A DNA stretch of 62,532 nucleotides. Source: a virus (taxonomy: Duplodnaviria > Caudoviricetes). Below are positions 28,005 to 38,979 of the stretch, piece after piece. Numbering within the stretch: position 1 is the first letter of the stretch; every line of letters starts with the position of its first letter. The stretch lies in the IMG/VR virus record IMGVR_UViG_3300048574_000038, positions 1 to 62,532 of that record, one strand, 5' to 3'. Under the pieces are notes generated by a model. It was not told the origin of the DNA. It saw only the letters and a program-made list of their open reading frames with translations, and made no database searches. The translations under genes were made by a program, and so were the position numbers.

Positions 28005-30512
28005 ATGGCAGCAGCAGATAGCACATCCGCAGCGTTAATGGAACTCCTTTCTGGAGACGCTAGTACTAAGAGTAAAATGAAGTACTCTCTTAGTGGTTTT
28101 CTTGGTATGTTTCCTCGTTACCAAGCATATCTCATTAAGGATAGTGCTTCTCAAACAGCCATAGATGTAAACACCCTATCTGGTGGGCTGGAAGCTTTTC
28201 GTCAAGACTCTGTTGTTCTTAAAACAGATAAGCTTTACAAAGATGTTTACAGATACGTACATGACGATATTAATACATGGTTGTTTTTTGATAAGCATGT
28301 AAACATTGTTCGTAGTGCAGTTATTGACGATCTTAACAACCAGACTTATATTACAGGATATAGTGATTTACGTGTGTTTGATTCTAACACGCTCGTAAAC
28401 GATACTACTCTCAGTACTACTAAAACAATCACGACTAGTAACTCGTACAAGGCCGGGCTTTCTCGGCCTGTACGTCCTACTATAGATACAACGAAGAACT
28501 TCATAACAACAACTGTGTATGAAGCTATTCCGTATTTTAATAAAACAACGGCGTATGCCTCTGTTAACTCTTCTGCAACCACGATTAATGTAGCTAAACC
28601 TACTGTTAATATGTGGCCTGCAACAGTTAGCACAGGAGCGCCGTTAGCTTTAACTATAACAAATATTCTTACGAATGCTGTAGAGAAGGTATCCTGTACT
28701 GCGGTAGACAAGAGTAACACTAATTACGACCAGCTTACCATAGTTCGTGCTCAAAGTGGCACAACAGCTATGGATATACCTACGGGTTCCAAGATTATGG
28801 CTGGTACAGATCTACTTAAAGTAGCTAAGCCGTCTAAAGCTTGGCCTACAGATATTACTACAGTTAATACACTTCGTCTTACTCTGCAAAATGCGGCAGG
28901 TACATTAGAAATAGCTAGTTGTACAAATATTGACACAACTAACGGTTCTTACGATGTTCTTACACTTAATCGTGCAGTAACAACAGTGTCGGATTCTGAG
29001 GATGAAGATATAGTATTTTCTGCAACAGCAATACCTCTTGCTGTAGGTGACTCTGTTAAAGAACGTTCTAAGAAAACTTCTACTACCCGTGCTTATGCCA
29101 TATCGTATGTGCGACAGTGGGATAGTGGTAAAATAGACCTTGGGCCTATTTCTAATCCAGCTCGTACAGCGGACGGTCTTACATACATTGATGCTATTGA
29201 CGGCCAATCTGTTGTTGTATCTGATATGGTGGCTGATCCTACTGCGGATGAACACGCTAACTATATTCAAGTCTACAGGTCTGCTGTATCTAACGCGAGT
29301 TCTGTAACTAGTGCTACAGCAAATTGGCGAGAAGTAATTAAATTTAGTACCAAACCCGGTGCAGTACTACCTCCCGGCGTTACCTATGACAATGCTACGC
29401 ATAAGTTCTCTTTTGTTGATAGCATTCTCGATGAAGACTTGGGTGACACGCCTACCAATGCAGACTGGACTTGTCCGGCTAACCTGCAAGGTATCGTGTC
29501 CTTGCGTAACGGTGTCTTTGCTGCTTATAGTAATAACACAATCTACTTCTCTGTAGCTTATCAAGGGCATGCGTGGCCAGAAGCTTACGCAATCCCTCTG
29601 GACTATAAGATCGTTGGACTTGGATGTTTCGGTAATACATTAGTTATCTGTACTACTGCTAATACATTCTTGTGCATGGTTTCTAATCCGGAAAGTGTAA
29701 TACTTATTCCAATGCAAGAAGCTTGTGCTTGTGTATCTGCACAGAGTATTGTTTCTATGCAAGAAGCTGTGGTGTTTGCTACAGACTTTGGTTTGGTAAA
29801 GATTACAAACAATGGTATTTCTCGAATCACAGCAGGTATTCTATCCGAACGTGCTTGGCGAAGGTTAGTTCCTTCTACAATTAGGGCATGTGTCTGGAAT
29901 GGTCAATACCTTATGTTCTTCGATTCACCAGAACTTCCGTACAGTGGCTGTGTAATTGACCTTAGTGATCTGTCTACAGGTATCTTTGGTTTGTCTCAAA
30001 AGATATCTTGTATACGTAAAGACGATTATAGTTCTGATGTATACATTCAATATACACACCCTATCCTGCGTAAGCCTTGTATCTTTACTTTCGCTACGTC
30101 TAGCTCATTGAAACGTATCTATCGTTGGGTTAGTAAGAAGTTCTTAAACACCCTAGGTTTGTTTAACATTGCCTGTGGTAAAGTTAACTTCTATGACGAC
30201 TCAACATACATTGAAAATAAAGAATTTGTTTTTCAACAAGAGTCTAATGCTTTCAATGCATGTTACGTGAATAAGTTTTCAATAGCTGGTGATGCTAGTA
30301 CGAATGAATACGTACAGCAAGTATTTAATAAGAAGTGGTGCAAATTTACATTGTACCTTAATGACAAAGAATATTGTACAGTTTATGCGAAAGATAACAC
30401 ACCCTTCCGTCTGCCTGCTGGTAAACGTGGTGATTCTTTCTATGTTGAAATTGTAAGTACTGAACCTATCGCTAGGGTGCAAGTTGCAGCTAGCATTGGA
30501 GAATTGGAATAA
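28005..30512 (+). CDS. Tail tubular/nozzle (stabilisation) protein
   Basis: F.GM.PR N-terminus, NGVFAAY.....YFS..Y..HAWP, ACVS..SIV, FRLPAG C-terminus. Confidence 0.75.
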   Translation: MAAADSTSAALMELLSGDASTKSKMKYSLSGFLGMFPRYQAYLIKDSASQTAIDVNTLSGGLEAFRQDSVVLKTDKLYKDVYRYVHDDINTWLFFDKHVNIVRSAVIDDLNNQTYITGYSDLRVFDSNTLVNDTTLSTTKTITTSNSYKAGLSRPVRPTIDTTKNFITTTVYEAIPYFNKTTAYASVNSSATTINVAKPTVNMWPATVSTGAPLALTITNILTNAVEKVSCTAVDKSNTNYDQLTIVRAQSGTTAMDIPTGSKIMAGTDLLKVAKPSKAWPTDITTVNTLRLTLQNAAGTLEIASCTNIDTTNGSYDVLTLNRAVTTVSDSEDEDIVFSATAIPLAVGDSVKERSKKTSTTRAYAISYVRQWDSGKIDLGPISNPARTADGLTYIDAIDGQSVVVSDMVADPTADEHANYIQVYRSAVSNASSVTSATANWREVIKFSTKPGAVLPPGVTYDNATHKFSFVDSILDEDLGDTPTNADWTCPANLQGIVSLRNGVFAAYSNNTIYFSVAYQGHAWPEAYAIPLDYKIVGLGCFGNTLVICTTANTFLCMVSNPESVILIPMQEACACVSAQSIVSMQEAVVFATDFGLVKITNNGISRITAGILSERAWRRLVPSTIRACVWNGQYLMFFDSPELPYSGCVIDLSDLSTGIFGLSQKISCIRKDDYSSDVYIQYTHPILRKPCIFTFATSSSLKRIYRWVSKKFLNTLGLFNIACGKVNFYDDSTYIENKEFVFQQESNAFNACYVNKFSIAGDASTNEYVQQVFNKKWCKFTLYLNDKEYCTVYAKDNTPFRLPAGKRGDSFYVEIVSTEPIARVQVAASIGELE

Positions 30513-30641
30513 ATGGCAATAACTATTAAGCTTCCTGAAATTCCGAAAGATATCAATACAGAAATGTATAATTATTATGTGCAACTTCATCTTAATCTTA
30601 AGACGATTGTAGATGCCATCAATGCACTAGAGGGTAAATAA
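30513..30641 (+). CDS. Small 42-aa virion protein, absent from the ORF track
   Basis: ATG immediately after the tail gene stop; MAITIKLPEIPKD...ALEGK*. Confidence 0.55.
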   Translation: MAITIKLPEIPKDINTEMYNYYVQLHLNLKTIVDAINALEGK

Positions 30642-30643
30642 CT

Positions 30644-31537
30644 ATGTTTGATTTAGGTGGTGCATCTGGCCTGTTTAGTGCCGGGTCGTCTATTTTAGGG
30701 GGACTTGGTAGTATTGGTGGTGGTTTGTTTGGTGGTGGCGGTTCTGAGTCTGATCTGGCTGATCAAGCAAGCGGTGTCTCTGCACAACAACTCGCATTCC
30801 TTAGTAACATATACAGTAAGTACAACGATCTGTATAACAACTACTACTGGCCCATTGAGACAAAGCAAGCTGCTAACTATCTGGATAACCTGAATACAGC
30901 TACTCCGTATATGCAGACAATGCGTAATTACCAGCTTAACCGTGGTAACGAACTCATTGATCTTGCTCAAGACACAAATCCTGTTCTTGATGAAAACAGG
31001 AAGTCTCTTATCCAGCGGCTTACTGAAGGTGAAGATGTTCTTGCTAACCGTTATCGTTCAGATGCATCTAACGATGTAGCTGCTTCGTTTGCACAGCAAC
31101 GTAACTCTCTGAATAACCAAATGGCCCAGTATGGTGTTAACCCTAACAGTGGTCAATGGGCTTCTCAGACAGCTAAGCTTGGTCGTTCTGAAGCTCTTGG
31201 TCAAGCTGCTGCTCGTACAAATGCCTCCCGTACAGCAGAGGATACATCCCTTAGTCGTATGGCACAAGCTAATAACTACTACACAACACCTACGATGCAG
31301 TACAGCCTTGGTAACGCTCCTACTCCGGGTCTTAGCCTTGGTAGCCTTATGGGTGGTAATGCTTCTTCTGGCTTTAAGTCCTCTACCGGTAGTGATATGT
31401 GGAGTTCTATGGGTTCAGGTCTTGGCCTTATCGGCTCTGGTTTGGATGCCTTTAGTTCCTTGTTTGGTAGTGGAAGTGGCAGTGCTGGCGATGGTGTAGA
31501 CTATGCAGCAGCTCTTCGTGCAGATATGTACGCATAA
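30644..31537 (+). CDS. Internal virion (ejection) protein 1
   Basis: Gly/Ser-rich termini, YGVNPNSG motif, position after the tail genes. Confidence 0.7.
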   Translation: MFDLGGASGLFSAGSSILGGLGSIGGGLFGGGGSESDLADQASGVSAQQLAFLSNIYSKYNDLYNNYYWPIETKQAANYLDNLNTATPYMQTMRNYQLNRGNELIDLAQDTNPVLDENRKSLIQRLTEGEDVLANRYRSDASNDVAASFAQQRNSLNNQMAQYGVNPNSGQWASQTAKLGRSEALGQAAARTNASRTAEDTSLSRMAQANNYYTTPTMQYSLGNAPTPGLSLGSLMGGNASSGFKSSTGSDMWSSMGSGLGLIGSGLDAFSSLFGSGSGSAGDGVDYAAALRADMYA

Positions 31538-31546
31538 GGAAATCAC

Positions 31547-32695
31547 ATGAATAATCCTTTTTCTCGCATCCCCGGACTTTCCTTGGCGCAAGGTCTGCAA
31601 GCTGGCTATCAGGCTGCTGGTACTGGTCTACAAAACGTAGATACTATCAATAAACTTAGTGAGTGGAATAAAAATGCAGCTATTCGTGATCTTCAACGTG
31701 CCGCTGCTCAAGATCAGCTCACAACAAACAACCAACTCAATGCTGCATCTAACCAAGCACTTCTCGGTATTCAGAAGCTTCGTCCACAACTTTATAGTAG
31801 TCCAGATGGATACCTTCAAGCACTTAATCAAATAAGTCCTGTTGGTCAAGGGTTTACTCGTAGGCTTTCTTCTGATGGAAAGACTATTGAGACAGTTAAC
31901 CCTCTTGGTGCTGTTGTAGGCACAACTCCGAATTACACTGGCAAAGCTGCTGAGAATGCTCTGCTTAATGCTGGTGGTATATCTCTTGCTGCTCGTGCAC
32001 AACAACTTCCGCAACAAGAAGAAGCTGATGCTAAGAATCAGACAGCTCTTATGGTTGCAAAGATGCATGCTGACGCACAACGTGATGTTGCTCTGTATGG
32101 ACTTAGGGCAGCTCGTGCTGCCGCAGGTGCTGCTGGTAAAGGTCTTGGCCCTGATGCCGCACCCAAACTTGATGCAGAGACTTACAAGAAGTTGCATCAA
32201 GAACTCATTCGTCAATTTGACGCTCGTAATGGCTTTAAGTTGCCTTGGGCTAAAGACGGTTCTGTAGATATGAGTATGTTGCAAGGTAACAACGATGCTG
32301 GTGCTCTGTATGCAGATTACAGCAGACGAGCTGATGCAGCATTGATGCAAAGTGCTCAAGCTGGTGTTCAACCTGCTATTGCTGTAATGGGTAGTCTTGC
32401 TCAGTTTGATAGGGATCTCGGAGCAGCTAATGCCCGTTCTGCTGAACGTGCTGCTGCTGAAAAAGCTAAGCAAGATGCTGAACGTCAAGCTAAGATGGAT
32501 CAACCTGTACAACCGCTCTTCCAAAATACGAATCCGTATTCAGTAGAGACGACACCACAATTTAATCCTAACTTCGCGAACGAGTTGGGACAAGCTCTTC
32601 AACCGCTTGTGCCTAATGTCTTGCAACGCCAAGTTACTCCGCAAGCTCCTTCACAGGATTTCCTTAATCGTTACGGTAATGTGTATTTAGACTAA
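31547..32695 (+). CDS. Internal virion (ejection) protein 2
   Basis: Ala/Gln-rich helical protein in the ejection gene position. Confidence 0.65.
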   Translation: MNNPFSRIPGLSLAQGLQAGYQAAGTGLQNVDTINKLSEWNKNAAIRDLQRAAAQDQLTTNNQLNAASNQALLGIQKLRPQLYSSPDGYLQALNQISPVGQGFTRRLSSDGKTIETVNPLGAVVGTTPNYTGKAAENALLNAGGISLAARAQQLPQQEEADAKNQTALMVAKMHADAQRDVALYGLRAARAAAGAAGKGLGPDAAPKLDAETYKKLHQELIRQFDARNGFKLPWAKDGSVDMSMLQGNNDAGALYADYSRRADAALMQSAQAGVQPAIAVMGSLAQFDRDLGAANARSAERAAAEKAKQDAERQAKMDQPVQPLFQNTNPYSVETTPQFNPNFANELGQALQPLVPNVLQRQVTPQAPSQDFLNRYGNVYLD

Positions 32696-32705
32696 GAGGT
32701 AGTAT

Positions 32706-35700
32706 ATGGCTATTGATTTGAGCACAGATGCCCTTCTGTCTTCAGCTAACCCTGCTGTGAATAACTTAGGTACATTTATGCAAGGGTACGATGCTGCTAG
32801 AGCAGATCAGACAGCCGCTATGTTGGCTGCACAAGAGGCATACAAAGGAAGGCAAGGGCCGAACCCTAATGCTGCTGCTTATTTAAAAACAGCATTTGAG
32901 AATGCTCAATATCCTGCTGCCTTTATGCCGCAGGAACCTACTGCTCCTAAAGCATCATTTACAAACTCTGTTGGACGTGGTGTTGACCAACTTCAACAGT
33001 CTTTGTATGGTTTCGCTGCGCAAGTCGGTGATATGGCTGGCTCCAAAGATCTTCGTAACTGGGGTCTGCTTGGAGCCTACAATAACGAAGATCAGATTAA
33101 TGCTAATCCAAGAGCAGTACCGTCTATTAGTAATATTAATAGCATGGGTGACTTTGGTAACTGGGCTGTTGAAACACTCGGTGAACAGATTCCGAATCTT
33201 GGTTTAAGTCTTGGTACTGCTGCTCTTACAGGTGGTGCTAGCCTTGCTGCTGGTCTTCCTGCTGCCGCTGCTCGTGGTCTTGGTACTGCTGGCTTTTATG
33301 GTACAGTGATGGCACCAGAGTCTGGTCAAGCATATCTTACAGACTTTGAAAAACATGGTAGTAATACCAGCCCTTGGAAAGACCTTGGCGTTGGTGCTAT
33401 CAACGCTGCTCTTGAGACTGCCTTCTCTGTTGAAGGCGGCCTGATGCGTCGCATCCTTGGACATCCTGTGTCTGAAGCTGCTAACGAAACAGCTAAGAAT
33501 ACTGTAGGTAGTTTCCTTCGTAACCGGGCAATGGGTGGTTTGCGAGAGGGTGCTACGGAAGGCGCACAAGAGCTTACACAGATGCTCAACGAACGTATGC
33601 AAGATAACAACTTTGGTGATATGTTCAACAAAGATGATGTCATGCGTATTCTTGATTCAGTTGCTGCTGGTGCTGTTCTTGGTGCCCCGCTTAGTGTCTT
33701 TGAAGGTGGTAAGCGTAAAGGTGCACAAGTTACTCCGGACACAACTAACGTTGATCCTACAAATAGAACATTTGGTCAGGATTGGGTTAGCGGTGTAACA
33801 CCTTCTGCAACTCCTGAAGGCTTTGCTACTACTCCAGATTCTTTTCTTGCTAGTGCTCCTAGAATAGCTGAGTTCTCGAACTCGCTAGATAACAACTTCT
33901 TAGATCAAGCACAACCTGTAGTTAATCCTGCACCGTCTGCTCTTGTACGAGAAGCTGGCTTTGCTCCTTTTGAAGCTACACCTGATTCTTTCCTGCAACA
34001 GCAACAATCTGTTACTCCTTACCAAGAACGTGCTCCTTTCCAGAGTAGCATGGATAACGGCTTCCTTAATCAAGCTACAGCTTCTCCTGCTGGCTTTGAA
34101 CGTACACCAGACCAGTTCCTTCAGAATACAGCTTCTGTTGTTCCGAACATTACTACACCTCCGACTACTGCGGAGATTATGTCTGGTCAAGCTGCGGCAC
34201 TTGGCTCTTCTCGTGATACAGCTCTGAAGACAGTTTCTAATAACTTTCTCCCTCTGATTAATAATCAAGTTGAGACAGCTAACCGTGCACAAGATCAGGT
34301 AGCCATGATGATGGCTAACAGTGTTGCACGTAAGAGTGAAATACTTCAACGTATACAGACTGCTGATCCTATTCAGCAACGCCAGCTTAATAAGATTATG
34401 TCTGGTCTTGATGAACAAGTACAGCAAGCTAAAGACAGCGTTGTTAAAGAACAAGCTAAACTCGCTGCTATGCGTCAACAGTTTACTGATGCACAAGAGC
34501 GCGTCAATAAGTTGTATGATGCTCGTGAACGTAAACTCAGTGGTAATGCCCTTACTGCACAAGAGACTGCACGTCAACAGTTAGTTACGAAGGATGCTAA
34601 TTACTTTACTCGTATGCAAGCTATTGCTGACGATACTAAAGTACTTGGCTCTCGTATAGCGAATAATATTCAAGAATCTCTTGATGCTGCACGTAATAAG
34701 GTACTTGAACTTCGTAATCTTGCAGATAATCCTCGTAATGGTTTATCTCCTGACGAGATCCGCCGTGTACGTAAACAACTCCGTGCAGCTGAAGCTACAC
34801 AACTTGATCTGTCCGGTAAAATGAAAAAAGCTTCAAAGCTTGCTGATACACTTATGCAGAGGACTACAGATCCTGCAAAGTTGTATAACAGCATTCTCGA
34901 GGCTCAGACAGACTTTGATCAGCTCAGGTCGATTGGTTCTGTTGCACAAAGTGTTGGTGCTGAATCTGTTACATCTCAAATTGAAGCTCCTGTTGTTGAT
35001 AAAGTAGCAGAGCTTACTAAGACTATTGAACAGAATCGTGCTGAGCAAGCTCGGCAAAAAGCTGCTGAACAGGCTACGGGGGAGACCCAAAAAGCTCCGG
35101 CTCAGCAAGAAGCTACTGCACCGAAAGCTGAAAATGCCCCCGCGCAAATTGCTCAAACTCAATCGTCAGTGCAGAACGTAACTGAACAACCTACTGCTCC
35201 AGTTCAACAAACACAGACAGTTCCTACACAAGAGACAGGTACACGACAAGTTAGCCCATTGGCTCGGCGATTTGCTGAAGTTCGTGCGGCGCAAACAGCA
35301 GCCCAAGAACAAGCAAGAACTCGTCCTGCTAATATGCAAGTTGTTAGTGCGGTCTCTAAGCACATTACGAGTTTTACAAGTAAATTCAAAGGTCTTGCTG
35401 GAAAGATATCTCAAGTGTGGCAAGCACCTGCGGAACACCTCAATGACCTTGGTTTCATAGATCAAAACGGTAATATCGTACTTATCGCCTCTAATCTTGA
35501 AAACTATGCAAGGACTAATGGTATAAGCCTTAAGGATGTTGTCACGGCAACAATTCAACATGAAGGTATCGGCCATTATGGATTACGCACTGTTTTCGAT
35601 AATGCAGGACTTACTTCCTTCCTTACAAACGTTAGGGATAGCTTATCTTCTAGTCCGGCATGGAAAGCTCTCGAAGCAAGTAGCGAAGCTTTCAGAAATC

Positions 35701-38700
35701 AGTCTCCTATTAGGCAAGCAGAGGAGTTCTGTTCCCTTATCGCAGAACGATCCATTAATGCAGCTAATCTTGGAACACCAGAAAGATCTGCGTGGACTAA
35801 ACTTAAAAGCATAGTAAAGTCTGCTTTGACTAAACTCGGATTCGTTTCTGAAAATAAGCTTCTTGGTAAGCAGAACGCCAACATCACAGAAAAGGATATC
35901 GTTGATATTCTTACGAAAGGTGCTCAAAATTTAACTGATGCAGGTGCTCAACGCATAACTGACATCAACGAGTCGATGGGTAGAAGTGGTGATATCACTA
36001 CAGAAAATACTCCTGCTGCTCGTACAGTTAGGGCTACCGAAGAGTCTAATAAGACTATTGCGGATAAGTTTAAGCATGCTATGGACTTAGTAATGAGTCC
36101 GGATAAACGTTCAGATGTTCGTAACTACTGGTACGATAGACTTGTAGATGCTAATGATCCTGTTCGTCGCATGGTTGATTCGTTAAAAGCACTTGGTTAC
36201 AAAGAAGATGGCACGTCTCGTGTCAACATGTTTAATAACGTATTTAAACATCTTCAAGTGTTGAATAACAAGACAGTCATTCAGCTTGACCAGCATCGTG
36301 CGAAGTATGTTCAACCTCTACTTGAGGCTATTAATAAGCTTAAGCAACCGGGTGAAGATGCAAGTATAGCTTATGCTAAAGCTGCTGACTATCTTGAAGC
36401 ACAGCATGCTCTTGAACGTAATAAGTTTGCAAGAGAGAATAGTAAGAATGCTGGTAATCATCCAGTGTCTGGTATCTCTGACGAACTTGCACGTAAGACT
36501 ATTGAGCAACTTAGTTCCCCGCAGATGGATGAAGTATCTCGTAAGATGCAAGAACTCAATGAAGCTCGTCTGCGTATGATTGAAGAGTACAAACTTATTC
36601 CTAATGCTAAAGAGGTAGTTAATAACTGGCGACAAGCTTACCAATATTATGTACCTTTTAAGGGTTGGGAAGATGTAGTTAAAGTACTCGATCCTTCTTG
36701 GTATAAGAGTGATACTCGCAAGAATATTAGTACACCTTCTGCACAGAAGACTATTACTAAACGTGCGATTGGTCGTGAAGGTGAAGCTCACAACCCTGTA
36801 GCTCACGGTATCATGCAGATGTATGATGTTGTGTATCTGGCTAATAAGACAGAAGCTGGCAGGTCTTTGCTTCAACTTGCACGAGACAATGCTGATGCTT
36901 CTGATATCCTTGAACTTGTTAAGACAAAGAAGACTGATCCTGAAGAAGCATTTGGTCTGCGTCCCCGTGTGGACAGTAAGACTGGTGAAATAACTTGGAT
37001 TAACAACACGCATTCTGCTGTTGGTGAAATGGTTAATACAGTAGCTGTCATTGACGAACAAGGTAACATGCAACGTGTTCTTGTTAAAGACGAGAATGCT
37101 GCACGAGCTATGCGTGGTGAAAATATCCTACAGTCTCACCCAATCATTAAAGCTATTGGTAACATACAGAGTGTGATGGCTAGGTACGTAACTGCACTTA
37201 ACCCGCTGTTCTGGCTCCGTAACCCATTCAGGGATACTGTTACCGCAGCTTTGAATATGAAGTCTGTAGAAAATGAGTTAAGGAACCTTGGCATCCCTTC
37301 TTCTAAGGATATTGCAAAGTCCCTTATGTTCAAAGGTCTTATGGGTTCTTTTAGTAAGAACTCTGTAAGACAGGCTTTGTTTGACTACTATCGTACACAC
37401 GATATGTCTTTCAGTAAGTTCTCTCCTGAGATTCAAAGGTACATGGGAGACTTGAATAAGTTTCTTGAATACGGTGGTCAGACGGAATACTTTACGCAGA
37501 CATCCTACAATGCCATTCAGAAAGATATAGTGTCAGCCCTTCGTGATTTAAGTCCTAACGGACGGCTTCAAAAAGGTCAAGCATTAGCACGAAATATGGT
37601 TGAATATATGAGTCACATATCTGACTCTCTCGAAAATATGACTAGGTACATTGCTTTTAAAGAAATGGTTGATGCCATTAAAGCTAACAACAAGCAACTT
37701 AGTCCCGGTCTGTGGCAACGTGCAGATGGTAGACTTCTTCATGAGAATGAAATCTACTCTCGTGCTGCTAACGTAGCTCTTAACCTTACGGTTAACTTTG
37801 GCATGAAGGGTAGTTGGGCACCAGTAATCAACTCTCTGTATATGTTCGCTAGCGCTAGTATTGCTGGTAACGCACGTATGCTTGAAACGATCATGCGTAA
37901 GAATCCTGCTACAGGCAAGTTAGATGTTCCGAACTTTGCTAAGTTTATGATGGTGCCTGTTGTAGCTTATGCCGCGCAAGCTATGCTCTGTCGAGCCTTA
38001 ATGCCTGACGATGATGATGGTATTAATAAGTATGATAAGATTCCGGATTACGAGAAGAACTCGAACATGATTATTCCCGGCCCGGATGGATCACACATTA
38101 CAGTACCTCTTCCTTTTGGTTACAACTTCCTGTGGACTGCTGCAAGAAATATGATTGACGTGGCTTATGGTAAAGCTAATGGCGTATCTGGCCCGTCTGT
38201 TACGAAAGCAGCTTGGTCTACACTGATGTCTGCATTTGATACATTCAATGCTACAGGTCAACATGAGGAAGGACTTAACATGTTCATTCCCTCTGTTGTC
38301 AGACCTTTCTGGCAACTTGCAGAGAACAAGAACTTTGCTGGTAATCCTATTAAACCTGAAGGCAACGAATACGTAAAGGGTGAAGTTCCTGAACACCAGA
38401 AGTACTGGAGTACACAGAATGAGTCTGTAGTAAAGCTCTGCAAGGGTCTTTACCAAGCTACAGGTCTTGATGTGTCTCCTGAAACTCTCGAACATCTTGT
38501 TACATCTTACACAGGTGGTCTTGGTAAAATCTTTACTCAGACTCTTGCTCGTGTAGACGACTGGCAACGTGGAAAGCCTCTTGACATTGGTAGACTTCCC
38601 GGTGTTAACGTGTTTGTTAAAACGCCGCAAGATAGTGACACAAGTGCTGTATTCTCGAAGCTTCGTACACAGGTGCTCACTCAGAACACTGCTGCTGAAG

Positions 38701-38966
38701 AAGCTAAGATGGATAGGACACTTCCAATGGAAGAACGCCTGCGTATTCAAAAAGAGAATGCTGCTGGCACTAAACTTAAGAGTTCCTTGGATAGTATTCA
38801 AAACACTCTCAATAACCTGCGTCAGCAAGAACGAGCACTTGATAAACAAGATATCTCGAATGACGTTAAGCAACAACGGTTGGAAGCAATCAAAGCTGCA
38901 AAGACACGTACAATGATGCGCTTTAATAAACTTGCTATTTCAGCGGGTATTACAGACATTCAATAA
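32706..38966 (+). CDS. Large polyvalent internal virion protein (2086 aa) with zincin-like HExxxH and LPD38-like C-terminal domain
   Basis: EGATEGAQE N-terminal region, coiled coils, HEGIGHYGL, C-terminal PLPFGY...ENKNFAGNPI...SPETLEHLVTSYTGGLG. Confidence 0.8.
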   Translation: MAIDLSTDALLSSANPAVNNLGTFMQGYDAARADQTAAMLAAQEAYKGRQGPNPNAAAYLKTAFENAQYPAAFMPQEPTAPKASFTNSVGRGVDQLQQSLYGFAAQVGDMAGSKDLRNWGLLGAYNNEDQINANPRAVPSISNINSMGDFGNWAVETLGEQIPNLGLSLGTAALTGGASLAAGLPAAAARGLGTAGFYGTVMAPESGQAYLTDFEKHGSNTSPWKDLGVGAINAALETAFSVEGGLMRRILGHPVSEAANETAKNTVGSFLRNRAMGGLREGATEGAQELTQMLNERMQDNNFGDMFNKDDVMRILDSVAAGAVLGAPLSVFEGGKRKGAQVTPDTTNVDPTNRTFGQDWVSGVTPSATPEGFATTPDSFLASAPRIAEFSNSLDNNFLDQAQPVVNPAPSALVREAGFAPFEATPDSFLQQQQSVTPYQERAPFQSSMDNGFLNQATASPAGFERTPDQFLQNTASVVPNITTPPTTAEIMSGQAAALGSSRDTALKTVSNNFLPLINNQVETANRAQDQVAMMMANSVARKSEILQRIQTADPIQQRQLNKIMSGLDEQVQQAKDSVVKEQAKLAAMRQQFTDAQERVNKLYDARERKLSGNALTAQETARQQLVTKDANYFTRMQAIADDTKVLGSRIANNIQESLDAARNKVLELRNLADNPRNGLSPDEIRRVRKQLRAAEATQLDLSGKMKKASKLADTLMQRTTDPAKLYNSILEAQTDFDQLRSIGSVAQSVGAESVTSQIEAPVVDKVAELTKTIEQNRAEQARQKAAEQATGETQKAPAQQEATAPKAENAPAQIAQTQSSVQNVTEQPTAPVQQTQTVPTQETGTRQVSPLARRFAEVRAAQTAAQEQARTRPANMQVVSAVSKHITSFTSKFKGLAGKISQVWQAPAEHLNDLGFIDQNGNIVLIASNLENYARTNGISLKDVVTATIQHEGIGHYGLRTVFDNAGLTSFLTNVRDSLSSSPAWKALEASSEAFRNQSPIRQAEEFCSLIAERSINAANLGTPERSAWTKLKSIVKSALTKLGFVSENKLLGKQNANITEKDIVDILTKGAQNLTDAGAQRITDINESMGRSGDITTENTPAARTVRATEESNKTIADKFKHAMDLVMSPDKRSDVRNYWYDRLVDANDPVRRMVDSLKALGYKEDGTSRVNMFNNVFKHLQVLNNKTVIQLDQHRAKYVQPLLEAINKLKQPGEDASIAYAKAADYLEAQHALERNKFARENSKNAGNHPVSGISDELARKTIEQLSSPQMDEVSRKMQELNEARLRMIEEYKLIPNAKEVVNNWRQAYQYYVPFKGWEDVVKVLDPSWYKSDTRKNISTPSAQKTITKRAIGREGEAHNPVAHGIMQMYDVVYLANKTEAGRSLLQLARDNADASDILELVKTKKTDPEEAFGLRPRVDSKTGEITWINNTHSAVGEMVNTVAVIDEQGNMQRVLVKDENAARAMRGENILQSHPIIKAIGNIQSVMARYVTALNPLFWLRNPFRDTVTAALNMKSVENELRNLGIPSSKDIAKSLMFKGLMGSFSKNSVRQALFDYYRTHDMSFSKFSPEIQRYMGDLNKFLEYGGQTEYFTQTSYNAIQKDIVSALRDLSPNGRLQKGQALARNMVEYMSHISDSLENMTRYIAFKEMVDAIKANNKQLSPGLWQRADGRLLHENEIYSRAANVALNLTVNFGMKGSWAPVINSLYMFASASIAGNARMLETIMRKNPATGKLDVPNFAKFMMVPVVAYAAQAMLCRALMPDDDDGINKYDKIPDYEKNSNMIIPGPDGSHITVPLPFGYNFLWTAARNMIDVAYGKANGVSGPSVTKAAWSTLMSAFDTFNATGQHEEGLNMFIPSVVRPFWQLAENKNFAGNPIKPEGNEYVKGEVPEHQKYWSTQNESVVKLCKGLYQATGLDVSPETLEHLVTSYTGGLGKIFTQTLARVDDWQRGKPLDIGRLPGVNVFVKTPQDSDTSAVFSKLRTQVLTQNTAAEEAKMDRTLPMEERLRIQKENAAGTKLKSSLDSIQNTLNNLRQQERALDKQDISNDVKQQRLEAIKAAKTRTMMRFNKLAISAGITDIQ

Positions 38967-38979
38967 ACTGGAGTTACGA

